Below, in pieces: positions 49,888-62,078 of a stretch of DNA of 64,000 nt. The notes beneath the pieces are model-generated. The model had not been told where the DNA came from. It did no database searches and saw only the letters and a program-made list of their open reading frames with translations. The stretch is from Peribolospora baueri (lineage: Eukaryota): positions 124,001-188,000 of the forward strand of contig JAMDHS010000027.1 in NCBI GenBank assembly GCA_029717555.1. The letters are read 5' to 3'. The first letter of the stretch is position 1. Every line of letters starts with the position of its first letter. Made by a program: the position numbers and the translations under genes.

Positions 49888-50103
49888 GGATGGGCGTGCG
49901 GTGGAGCGTCGACTTGACGGTGATGGAAGACGATGTGGACCGTCGAAGGAAGACGGACGGGCGGGTTCGGGCTGCGGCGACGGAAGGCCCGGAGTTAGGG
50001 TTACCGGCGCACGCACACGGAAAAGGAGGGATGAAGGAACGACGCGGGCGGGTCGCCGTGTCTGTCTTGCTTGCTTGTCTGTCGTCCGTGGGACGCTCCC
50101 TCT

Positions 50104-50163
50104 TTCAGCTTCAGCTTCAGCTCCAGCTCCAGCTTCTGCTTCTGCTTCAGCTTCTGCTCAGCT
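50104..50163. repeat. (CTTCAG/CTCCAG/CTTCTG)n hexamer repeat
   Basis: About ten degenerate hexamer units read directly in the divergent promoter region. Confidence 0.8.
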
Positions 50164-50923
50164 CGCCATCTCACGTCGGCAAAGCCTGCCAACGGCTCCA
50201 GCCAGCCCCAATCCAGCGAAGCGTAGCCTAGCGGCCTCGCCAGCGCCCGCAAACAAGCCCAGCGATACCGAGTCTCGTCGTCGATCTGGTCGTCGTCGTT
50301 ATCGTCGTTCACGCTCCGGTCGCACCCTTCCCTTCTCTCCCAGCCCAGCCCGCTGCGCTGGCTCCCCGTCGTCTTGTGATTCTCCAACATGCGCTGAGAC
50401 GGCCATTGGTGCACGGACATACACGGACGCAGTGCTGAGTGAGTGCGAAGCGAGCGAGCAACGGAGGGACGAAGCAGGACACGACGTAGTCACTAGCCCA
50501 GGTCGCGGAGTGGCTACCTCGTCACAGTCAAGTCGACTCCGTATGTCTCGCCCACCTTCCACCATTCCACCACGGCTTGGAGTGAAGGGGCGACGAGTGG
50601 AGTGGACGCGACAAAGGTCGCGCCTCGTCGTGTATCGTCGTGTCGTGCATCGCTCTCTCTGTCCGACGTGACTTAGACACGACGTGCTGATCACCTCGCC
50701 TTGCTTTCCGCAGCGACCGACGTTCTCTCCTTTATCGGCCCCGCCTTGCTTCTCCAGGTGAGCCCCTTCGCCGTCGTCGTCACCATCACCATCACCTTCA
50801 CCTTCCATCGCTGCTGTCCCGCGCCCTTTTACTTATTCAACCTTTTCCTACTTTCTCGCTCTCCCAAGAGTTACCCCCTTCCTCCCCGTTTGCCTCATTT
50901 GCCGCCTTTGCTCTGAACCCAAC

Positions 50924-53900
50924 ATGAGCAGTCTCGCTCTCGGAAGCGGCGCCGACGAACCCGTCAACGTCTCCCACAATTCTCCCAGACTTCATGGCTC
51001 TCACCACAACTTTGGCACCATCGGCGACTCGCGCCGCTCCTCCGTCTCCCGCGACGCCGCCGCTTCACCCGTCCCGTCACCCTTCTCCAACCGCCTCCTC
51101 GACGGCCCACGCGTCTTCACCGACCTCATCGGCAATGACCAGCCGCGCCAGCAGCCCGGCATCTCCCAGCGCCCCGGCCTCAGCAGGGGCTCCTGCGTTC
51201 GAGCAAAGTCTCCCTTGCCGATGCATCAGATCGTCGCCAGCGAGGACTCGGCTGGCGCAGTAGATTTCCATCGCGCGAAAGAGGGGAGCGACGGCGAAGA
51301 CAAAGCCGACGCGCAGTCGCCCAATAAGGCCGCCTCTCCCTCCGCTCCTGGCCCTGGGCCCGGTGTCATTGGCAGCGGGCTCAGTGCTAACCAGGGCGCG
51401 TCGCCCGTCGCGACCGCTCCGCCGATCGCGAGCATGAGCGGCGGTGGCATGCCGCAGATGTCCGAGTTTGACAAGCAGGCCAGGCAGAGTCCCTTTGTCA
51501 ATGATCTTCTCGACAGACTGATTCGCGTCGAGTTGGGCATGAAGTGAGTCTTTTCTGTGACGGATGGACGTCTTCGTGCCCGATCCCATCACTGCCGACA
51601 GACTCGCTGACCCTGGACTCGCTCGCTTTTCTCCTACGCACCCCCATTCACACCACACAGGGACATGTCTCGGCAACTCTCTACCCTTAACCGCAACGTG
51701 TCCACTCTCCTCGACCGCATGCAGCCTGGCGCGGCAGGAAAGGAGGCGACTCTGTCCAAGGCCCCGGGAGGTCCAGCGCCGTCCACTTACGCGCCCACGC
51801 TGTCCGGTTTCTCTGCCACCGGAGGAAGTGCGGCGCCCGCCGGTATGAATGCGCTGTCCGCCAACCTTGCCAATATGGGTCTGTCGTCCGTCCCCGGTGC
51901 CGCCCAGCCAAGCAGTATGACTTCATCGCAGCCTCCGCAGGCTGAGGGCGATTTCCGCTCCCTCTCTCAGCAGCTCTCGAGTCTCAGCAGCAGTGTGGCT
52001 CAGCTCCTCAGTATGCAAACCGGCACCCAAGCCGCATCGTCCGCCGTGCAGCCTGGCGGTCAGTTCGGTCTCGGTCTCGCCGGCTCGCTGGCTGGTCCCA
52101 ACCTCGTGCACCCTAACGACGCGTCCAGTCCTCTCCTCGGCGGCCTCAGTGCCTTTACCGCCGGCGGTCAGTCTCACCTGCTCAGTCCGAACCCGGAAAG
52201 GATGAGCAGTCCGCGCCCCGGTGCTGGCCCTATGCGCCCTTCCTGGAGCAACACTTCGCACGACAGCGGTCACGGAGGCTCTAGGGACCGGCGGTACAGC
52301 ACCTTGCCGCCTCAGGGTCGAAGGGAGAGCATGCCGGTTAGTGCCACCCCTTCTTCTACGCATTCGTTCGTCCCCTCGTTCGCGGCTCGAGCGCACATCT
52401 GCAGTGACCATCGTGTCTGACGCGCTTGCCTTTAAACAGAACACCGACGATAGTCGCTCGTACAGCATGGATTCGACGCCTACGGCGACCAAGTGGGAAC
52501 AGCTTAGTCTGCCTAACGACCTCCTTCGCGCTATCCAAAAGTATGGCTTGGGTCCGCCGAACAAGATTCAGCAGCGCGCCTTGCCTTTCCTCCTTCGAGG
52601 TGCCGACATCATTGCCCAGGCGCCGCCGACGCAAGAGAGGATCGCAGCGTACGTCATTCCGGCTCTGAACACGGTCCTGACGACGCTGCGCGACCCGGCA
52701 CACATGTCATCCGATCGCCCTCTCGGGCGCGGTCCGCTGGTCTTAGTCATTTGCACCACCGTTGATCAAGCGACGCAGGCTCAGCGTATGGCTCTCGGTC
52801 TCGGAGCCAACCTCGGCGTACGTGTCGGCACTGTCGCCGCCGTCGGCGTGGACGCGGCCACCGAAGCTCAGAACGTTCTCCAGATGGCTCCCCACATACT
52901 CGTGGGAACGCCGCAAAAGATGCATGACCTGTTCACATACGTCACTCCGCGCGGCGGCGTGCCCACCAACGACATCCGGCTCGTCATCCTCGACGAAGTC
53001 GACCAACTCATCGCTCGCAACATGTCCGACTTTGTTTCCAGCCTCCTCCGCCTGCTCCCCATCCCCCGAGCGGTCCCGCGCACTTCTTCTGCCGCCGGAA
53101 CGGCCACCCCTCCCGTTTTGAGCCCCGGAATTCCTTCATCCAGCGCATTCGCACCGTTCGATCCCAACGCCGTGTCTGGGTATCCCAACTCTGGAGGTCG
53201 TGGCCCCCAGGCGGTGCTCGAGTCGGATCGTCAGACGGCCATCTTCTCTAACACGGTCCCGCAGGACGTCTTGAACTTCGCGTCGAGCATCAACCTCCGC
53301 GAGCCTGTTCGCGTGCTTGTTCGCCGTGAAGGCGCCAACAGGGGTCTCGATAGCGCGTCTGAGCGGCCCATGTCCGGCAGCAGCACCAGTTCGAGCATCT
53401 TCGGCGGTGGAGGTGGAGCGACCACCGCTGACGCCCTCCTGCGCGGATTGAGGCACTACTATCTCTACGTAGCCGTCGGCAGCGCGGCAGCGGGCATGAC
53501 CTCGCCTGGCATGGGCGCCGCCTGGGGCCGGATGGGGATGGACAGCAGCATCATGCACGCCAAAGAGATGAAGCTCGACGTCATCACTGACCTCCTCGAG
53601 GATATTGAGTTCGGTCAAGCCGTCATCTACACTGCCAACGCGCAGACGCTTGAGGCGGTCACGTACAAGCTAGCAAGCAAGAACATGGAGGCGCTGGCGC
53701 TGGTGAGTGCTCCACCAGAAGTCGTAACGCGGACTTCTCCCCCCTTCCCCTCTTTGAACGCATCCATGAATGCTGATCGTCGCCGTCGTTTGCATCTTCC
53801 TTCGCCTTGTCCAGCATCAAGACCTACCGCTGACGACGCGCCAGACGGTCCTTTCCAAGTTCCGTGCGCCGGGCAGCAGCCTCATGCTCGGCGGCGGCAT

Positions 53901-54291
53901 GAGCCGTCCGGCGAAGAAGGCTTTGGTGGTGTGTGACCTCTTGGTCAAGCCTTCGGACGTGCATCAGGTTCCCTTGGTCGTTATGTACGACATGCCCCGC
54001 ACGGTGGAGGAGTACGTGCAAAAAGTCGCCTGCGCCGCTTCCACCGGCCTCGCTCGTCCTGGCGTGTGCATCAACGTCGTTACCGCTTCCGGCGGCAACG
54101 GTGGCGATGTGGACATGCTCAGGACCATCGAGAGTCACACCCGTATCAAAATGAGTGAGTATAGATCGTCGTCGTCGTCGTCGAAGTCGGACGGGTGTCT
54201 GGTCGTCCAAGCGACGTGCTGACAGACGTTGAGGGCCTCCGTCGTTTTGCCAGCCGAACTTCCCATGGACGCCAAGGCCCTCGTCGCTTGA
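50924..54291 (+). CDS. eIF4A-like DEAD-box protein with degenerate ATPase motifs and a long N-terminal extension
   Basis: Exons 50924-51543, 51661-52336, 52440-53702, 53815-54154, 54254-54291. Q motif PNKIQQRA, LDEVD, and an eIF4A-like end ELPMDAKAL. Confidence 0.9.
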
Positions 54292-55242
54292 GAACGATGG
54301 GTTTCGGCGCCCGCTGCCACTTCGCTCGTGGAGAATTTCCCCCATTTGTCTAACGATATTTGCACGGAGGCTTGAGGTTGCTCCCATCTCGATCCCCGTT
54401 TCCGTCTTCGCATTCGTCGACCGCCCGCCCTTCGTCATCATTCCGCCTTTGCCTACCTTGACTTCGTCTCCATGATCGTCCGTCGTCGTCAACAACAACA
54501 ACAACAACAACATCCTCTTCCCCTCACTCGCCGGACCCCTCGCAAAGACTCCCGTGTTTACTCGGCCCCTTTTCCCGGAACGCGCACAAGCTATTCTTCT
54601 CCTTCTCACATCCGTCCTCCATGCTCTCTCAGCAACGTCCCCGTTCTATTATACCCTCGGGTAACCTCCCGGTTGTGTTTCTAGTCGCCGTTTCCCTTCC
54701 CTCCTCCGCCTTGTCGTCGTCGTTCCGCCGTCGTGTGCGACTGCGTCATGTCCTCCAGAGTTCCCCTCTTTCCTCCTATTTTCTGCCATCGTGTCCCTGT
54801 GCAGCAGCCGGAAATTCCTACTTCTTGGCAGCAGAATCTCTCGTTTGCTCTCTCGTGAGTGAGTGAGTTCGTCGTTCGTCGTCCGTCGCCCGTCCCCTCC
54901 GCTCTCGTCTACGCTCTGCCTCGCCAGCGAGGCGATCGATCGATCTTTGGACTCCTCCCCCCCTATGTTCACTGTATGTAGCTATGCTCGTCCCGAAGGT
55001 CTCGGCAGCATGCTGTGGTCGTACCTTTGGCCTTTCCTCCTGGAATGTTAAGAAGCTCGAGTTCCCCCCTTCAGCCCCTGCCATCCGAGGCTCGACTCGG
55101 CGCGGGTGGTTAGGCCGGACGGTCGGAACGAAGGTGTGCTGCGGCATTCCCTGGTACGCACGGGCCCCTGTCACAGGTGAGCGCCGCGTCGCTTTCTCTC
55201 TCGTCTTCCCTCTCTCTTGCTTCTCAAGAGAAAGCGACGAGA

Positions 55243-57695
55243 ATGTGGTCCGACGAGCCCTCGTACCTCTCCGCCGCCGCCCTGGACGCGCTTGGCCGTC
55301 AGGACCCGCTCAAGTTTGTCGACACCTACGTTCGCCTGCAGGCTGTCCTCGCATCTCGCCGGTGCGCTTCACCCCCGTTCGCGGATCTGCCTCCATTCGA
55401 GGGCCTCTCCTCCGCGCCCGCCTCACCACGGCGATGGAGGGATGGGGATAGCGGCCGCGGCCGGGGAGGTAGGCGGGACCGTGGAGGTGGAGAGGGAGGC
55501 TCGTCTAGCCGCGACGGATCGGGCGATTCGAGCGTTCGTCGACGGAGGTGCACCGATGACCACGATCACGATCCTCCCGACAGCGGACGGGATGGAGAAG
55601 TCGCCGACGTCGACGCCGACGCCGGACGGATGGAGCGGGGGGAGAAGAGCATCGGACCGACGTCGAGGCGGCGGCCATCTCGTGCGAAGAAGACGTCACG
55701 CCAGGAGCGGGAGCGGGAGCGAAAGGGGAAGCGAAAGAAAGGAGAGGGAGGAGGGCATGAAAAAGAAGCGGGGGCTGGCGACGTCGTCGATAGACGCCAA
55801 GGTGGGTGCCGTGTGATCGCATCTCCTTCCGCCCCTTGAAATGGCCAAGGTGTTCTCGCGGACCGATCGGCTATAACCATCGCTTTCTCCCTTCCCTTAC
55901 TCCACTTCTCGCAACGCAGTGCTCGAAAGACGCAGAGACGCGCGTCGCGCCAAAGCCTTCATCGTCCAGGATCGCTCCAAGTCCGCCATCGCCCGGGCCC
56001 GTCACATGTCCGAGGGACGCGCCGCTGCGTCGAAATGTAGGCCGCGTGAAGGGGAGGGCTCGGACGGCGATGGCGGCTCGACAGCGTCCGAAGACGAGAG
56101 AAAGCGAAATCGATCCGACGGCGACAACAGGCACGCCAAAGCTCTTTCACGGGCTCAGAATCGCAACGAAGGTCTCTTGAGGCTCGCGCGGGAAGTCGAG
56201 AGGAGCAAGAATGTCGGCAAAACCTCAAGACTCACGGTGAGTGGCGGTCCGCTGGCTGTATGCGCGTGCCAAGGACGCCGAAGGTCGCTCATGGCCACGC
56301 CGTTCTCCCTCTGATGACTCGTCCGTCCTCCCCATACCCATGTGCCATGTACAACCTGGCCTCTAGCTCAAGGAACCTCGACTCGGCGTCTTCAACAAAG
56401 GCGTGGCGTCCAAATCTGTCAAGACGTTTGATTTCAGAGGCAGGAGACATGGTGGCGTATCCGACCTCGTCTTTAACGAGCTGACCTTCCTCAAACCGAG
56501 AGCGAGGCACCATGGTTCTTGGGCACGAGACGAGAGCTTGGGGAGCAAAGGAGGACCTTCAAAGAGCCGGGGAAAGGAGAAAGCGAAGGAAAAGGACCCT
56601 GCTTCGCTTCATCGCGCCGAAGGCAGAGAGCAGAAGCGCAAGAGGGGCGCGAATGAGGGCGAGGCTGGGGCGACCAGCAGGTTTTTCGACCGCCAGCCTC
56701 GAACCGTCCTGTCCTTGGCCAGTTCCGACGACGAGAACCCGCCGACGGAGGACGATCGTCCCGGCTCGTCTTCTTCTAAGTGTCCGGAGATTTCGGTCGA
56801 CGACGATAGCGACGGATTGACGGAGCCTCTAGAGCGCTGCCGGTTACTCAAAGAGAAGCGGACCCGGCATGCGGACGGAGCGCTTCATCCCAGAGATGTC
56901 AATTTGGCTTCGAACTCTCCTGGTCATCGTCTTATCGGTCACCATCTCACGGACACACGCTCTCGACACTTTGACAACGAACCTCGAGCTAAACGGCGCA
57001 GGACCTACCCTAACGCCTCGAGGTCTTCTAACTCGCGTACCGACGCAGCGGCACGGCGTTCGATCAGCCCTACGGAGCGTCTTATCAAGGCCTGCGAGCG
57101 CGGCGCTTTCTCCGAGGAAGACGTCGAGGCGGACACGCTTGGTAATTTAAAAGCACGCTTTGCGATCACGGAAGAGCGGCGGTCGTCCCCAGTCAGGTCC
57201 CCATACGGCGTTTCGCACTTTCTCGCCAGCCCAGGACCTCCACCGGAACGCATTGACTCGTTCACAAAGGCTATTTTAGGGCTCGCAGATTCTCAAGATG
57301 GAGAGGGTGGAGAGAGGCTCGACGGCGCTGAGCAGGAGCTGCCTGAAGATTGTCGGGATGCACACCCCGATCCTGCGTGCGAAGTACCCGTCTCGGCGGA
57401 GAATCGTCAAGACGAAGGCAACATGTTCGTGGACGGCGAGTACCCAGGCGGGCAGTTTTACGTCCCGACGTTTGCGCAGACCGGCGGCGTTCCAATTTCC
57501 CAGGGAGCATATTTTCATGCTCCGCCGCTTCGGGACGATGCGCCTCAGCCAGAAAATCGCCTTTTGGACAATGAAAGCGCGCTCGCGCGCTATTCTCCAA
57601 CGCTAGCGCAGTTGGAGGGCGGGACTCGAACGTTTGAGGGTCCGCGGCTGGAGAGCGAGGAATTGAGAGGTTTCTGGCGGCCTTTCAGGCCGTAA
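55243..57695 (+). CDS. Uncharacterised, largely disordered protein with an RLTLK..LGVFNKG / DLVFNE..FL motif
   Basis: Phase-consistent exons 55243-55801, 55920-56236 and 56367-57695. Confidence 0.72.
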
Positions 57696-58085
57696 CGCAT
57701 CCTTCCATAGAGATCGAGCAGGCATGAGTTGCGCCTAGACCTATGTCGGGGACGTTCTTTTTCTTTCGCCTTTTTCGACGACTCTTGGAGGGGGTAATAC
57801 GATCCGCCGACCAGTGTCTCGCAGCGGACACCGATTGCGCCCTCTCCGCCCCAGCAGACCCTCTCACTCTCCAAATACGCCCTCCCTGTCCTGCTCGTGG
57901 CGTTCTTGGCCGCCTCCTATCGGCGCCTCTCGTCGAGCGCCTAGTCATGTTGATATCTACCTCGACTTCCGATCAGGGATCTTGGGCTTTCTTGTTCGCT
58001 TACTCGTCGTGCGTACGCGGCCATCGCGATCTGTTACGATCGTCTCGGTTTGCTCGGGATCGTTCCCACCGTGCCGATCACAGCG

Positions 58086-58785
58086 TCAGATCTGAACGGA
58101 AGAGCGGAAGGTTGGCGGGCAGGCGAGGAGCTCAGATAGAGAAACTGTTTTGGAGAGCCGCGGGATCAAGGCATGTCCGTCCGGATGGGGACATGCACGG
58201 GACGCACCTTGGATGTCCTTCCCTCTTTGAGCGGGTTCCCGTACGGGACTTTTGTCCCGGCTCCCTTCTCGTAGCGTTACACAACACCGCGCCGGAACGC
58301 GTTTTCCCAAAGACTGGAGCAATTCCCCAACCATGGGAGAGAGGCGTTCGGTCATTCAGCACCTGTTGATCAACGCATCTCATTCCGATCGCCCGCGGGC
58401 GGAGGGAACTGAGGGCTGCACTCACTGAACTCGCGGGTATTGACATTTTTGGTGAATACGTAGATGGCGAGGGGCTCGAGTCTAATGGAGTCAGCGAGAA
58501 AACAGAACACAAAAGCGATACAAAAAAGAGCAGCAAGACGCCCTTGAGCTGCCCAGTTTCCGCAGTGAAGCGTCTCCAAACAGAGCCATTGAAGGGAATG
58601 ACCCACTGGGAGTGGACAACGTCGACAGCTTCAACCATGCTCTATGAAGACGAGGTGCGGATCAACTGATTAGGACCTGCGAAGAATGTCGGAGCCGTGC
58701 ACGCGAAAGGGAGGACCAACCCACCTTGACGGCGCCCGGCGGCGATGTCGGCGACGGGCGTGCACTGAAGTTGGGGCGTAGCCAT
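58086..58785 (-). pseudogene. Internally deleted paralog of the neighbouring aldehyde dehydrogenase
   Basis: MATPQLQCTPVADIA vs [10 protein letters not shown]; 35-nt exon 58607-58641 and 56-nt exon 58426-58481 (LEPLAIYVFTKNVNTREF vs [18 protein letters not shown]) with the same lengths and phases; FGKTRSGAVLCNAT vs [14 protein letters not shown]. The catalytic exons are absent. Confidence 0.85.
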
Positions 58786-59366
58786 GTTGGATGGTGGTAG
58801 AAAAAGCGAAGGCGTCCGCCCGCGGCGCTGTTCCGGCGGTGCTACATGTATATATATGGACCGGGCCGACCTTGAGGTGCAGTTCAGCAACCGACAAAAG
58901 TGAAGAAAACGGAGGCGAAAAGGTGAAAACGCCGATACATATCTCAGAAATTCGTGCATTCGGAAGAGCCGGCGAGGCGGATGCGCTTCACGTCAGACAC
59001 GGATCGCAACCTGCGATGGCGCACAGATCAATTAATGACGAACCTCGCCGGATATACGGATATACGGCCGGAATGGGAAAACGTGGACGATCAAGTTCAC
59101 ACCGCAATGTGTGATCATCTCATTCATGATCGAAAGGTGTCGTCGATGCGGCGAACAGTGCGGCCTCACGGTCGCCACGTGCATTTGGGAGAGGAAAAGC
59201 TTCACATTAAGTGCGGGAGGGAGTGACGATTAAATACATGGCACGAACGAGTAAAATGAACGAACGAAATGGCTCGGCGCGGTCGACGCAGGCATCAACG
59301 TAATCACGAGCGGAGCGGAACGGGGCACATGGGTGAACAAAGCTCGAACCGAGCACGGCAGGTATA

Positions 59367-60213
59367 TCAAAAGGATATCAGCCCACGCCGTCGGGCGAAG
59401 TAGAGGGCGAGGAGGATGGGCAGGAGTAGGCGGAGGAGGAGGCGCCTGATTCCCGGAGCACGGCTCACTGACTCTTGTGCGGACGAAGAGAAGCGAGAAG
59501 GATCAGTGTCCAGCATGTAGCCCCGACGAGTCAGGTGGGGGAGGAGCGAATGTGGGAAAATGGAGAGGGGGGAGAAGGAAGACGAAAGGTTAGATGGCAC
59601 GTCCGAGAAAAAAAAATGGCACGTCCGATTTCGCCCCTATAAAGCGCCCCCCAGATCACCCGCCACCCGCGCGAAAAGATTCAGTCGACGCACCTTTGCG
59701 TATCTGGTGGCCATCGCCTTCGAGTCGTTCGTCCCGTTGGGCTTGCTGAAGGGCAGGTTGGGTGCGACGCCGACGACGCGGAGCGCCATGCCGACCTTCG
59801 CGAACGTGTACGGCGGGTACCGCACGGAGAGGGCCTTCTCGACGAGCGACAGCGTGGGCGCGATGACAGTCGAGCGGTGGTGGCTGAAGAGCTCGAAGGT
59901 ATGCTTGCCGTGGTAGCCAAAGTTGCCCGATGGGCCCGTGCCGCCGAAGGGGAGCGAGGGGATAGTGAAGTGGACGAGCGTGTCGTTGGCTACAGCGCCC
60001 CCGGAGCGGGTGTTGTTGAACACTGATGGCAGAGCAGTGGCGGAGGGATCAGACGACGGTGGGGCAAGGCAGGGAGAATGGGCGCCCAGACCAGATGGGA
60101 CTCACCAAAGTCCCTGTTCTTGGAGTTGTTGGTGAAGACGTAGATGACGAGCGGCTGGTCGCTGGGCAGCGAAAAGGGAAGGAAGAGGAGACACATGGAT
60201 TACGGGTGAGTTT

Positions 60214-60247
<34 letters not shown>

Positions 60248-62078
60248 CACAAGCGGCCAGGCTGAGAAAAACCCTTTGTCACGCTCACTTGCTGTTGATG
60301 TAGTTGACGGGCTCTTCAATGTTCTGCGACAAGGGAACGAGGGGCACGGGTGTCGGTCGTCGGCACCATTTTTGTGAGCGTTCGCGGACACGTTACATGC
60401 CGGCGTTGTCGCCCAGCAGAACGAGAGAGCACTCACGTCAAAAGTCATGATGGGGAAGAGGGGCCCGAACAGCTCTCCCTTCATCAAACTGTCATCCTTG
60501 TTAACGTTCTTGATGACTGTGGGGCTAAAGTACTTGGTCTCCGGGTCCACGTCGCCGCCGAACACGATCTCGCCCTTGGTGTCATCCAGGATCTGCTTGA
60601 GCCGGTTGAAGTGGTTCCCGTTAATGATCCGACCGTAGCTTTCGCTCGCCTTGATGTCGCCTTTGACATCCCCGTAGTACTCCTCCTCGAGGACGGCTCG
60701 GAACTCCTTGATGAAGCTGTCCTGGACGGAGCGATGGACGTAGATGTAATCCGGCGCGACGCAAGTCTGGCCGACGTTCATCACCTTGCCCCACGCGATG
60801 CGACGAGCGACCAGGCGCATGTTCGTCACGGTCGAGTCGATGATGCAGGGCGACTTTCCACCGAGCTGCGTCGGACCGTATATATAGATAGGCGAAGAAG
60901 ACGTTAGATACGCTGGGGACGAGGTCGCTCTGCCGCCGAGGATCGGACGCTCACCTCGAGGGTGCAGATACCCAACCACTTGGCCGCCTTCTCTGCGACG
61001 ATCTTTCCGACAGTCTGATTGCCGGTGAAGAAGTAATGCTCGAAGCGCTGGTCGAGGAGCTCGGTAGTCTCTTTGACGGCGCCATTGACGATGGCGAAGG
61101 CGTCCGGGTCGAGGTACTTGGGGAAGAGCTCGGACAAGATCTTTGAGGTGTTTGCAGACACTTCAGACGGCTTCAAGATGGCCGTGTTGCCCGCTGCAAT
61201 GGCTCCGATGAGGGGAGTGATGGACAATCCGAGCTGTGAGAAAGGGAGAGGAGCGAGAGAGGAACGGGAGGTCGAGTGGAAGGAGAAGGGCAGGCGAGAG
61301 GGGGAAGGCGAATGCAAAGGAGGGAGAAGAACGATGGCCAGGGGATGTCAGCTTTGCAATCCTAACGTAGCTATGGGATCGTGGAACCCCTGTAGCCGTT
61401 TTACTTACGGGGTAGTTCCAGGGGCTGGGTGAGAAGTCGGTGAAGATGGGCTTGGTCAGCCGTCCGTCCGTCCGTTCTTTGCGGCCGCGTCGGAGGCGTT
61501 GCGGAACTCACGAGATGATCAAGACCGTTCCCTGGGGATCCTTCCTGATGTGCGGCCGGTGCAAGACCCAGGCCATTCCGGGCCACGGCCTGTCAGGCTT
61601 GGCCCAAGAGTCGAGGGAGCTGATGGTGTGCAGCAGCTCGCCCTTGACAAGGCCGAGCTCGGAGAGGATCGCCTCGGGGCCGGGCTTGCCGAGGTCTGCC
61701 TTGATGGCGGCGCAGATGGCGTCCTTGTTCTCATCGAGCAAGTACGCGAGCGCCTTGAGCTGGTCCTTGCGGTAGGTGAGCGGGCGCGTGCGGCCGGAGT
61801 GGAAAGTGGCGCGGAGTCGACGGACGAGCTGGCGGAGAGAGGAGACGGCGAGTGCGGAGGGCGTAGTCAGCATGTGCGCCTTCACCTCGCATATCTCCAT
61901 CGCCCTCATTGGTAATCGTCCGATGGTGTTTTTCTCTATGCCTCATTCTTTCATCCATCCTTTCCTCCATCCCTTCTTTCTCTTTCCCCGCACTGGAGTC
62001 GGATCAGACGACGGGCTGGCTCACCGGAGCGATCTCGTCGACCGGGGTGTAAACCAGAGTGCTGTCTTGGGAAGACAT
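59367..62078 (-). CDS. HFD1: Class-3 (fatty) aldehyde dehydrogenase, Hfd1-like
   Basis: [20 protein letters not shown]...GKIV, TLE|LGGKSP (catalytic Glu), [11 protein letters not shown] (catalytic Cys), GELFGP, LPFGG.G.SG..GYHG. The 3' end is ambiguous (see findings). Confidence 0.95.
60216..60246. repeat. Poly(A) tract (poly-T on the sense strand) inside an ALDH intron
   Basis: About 31 consecutive A. Confidence 0.85.

Noticed and set aside
48736..50671. 393-aa and 377-aa plus-strand ORFs
   Set aside because: Antisense to the mitochondrial orphan gene and running into a hexamer repeat.
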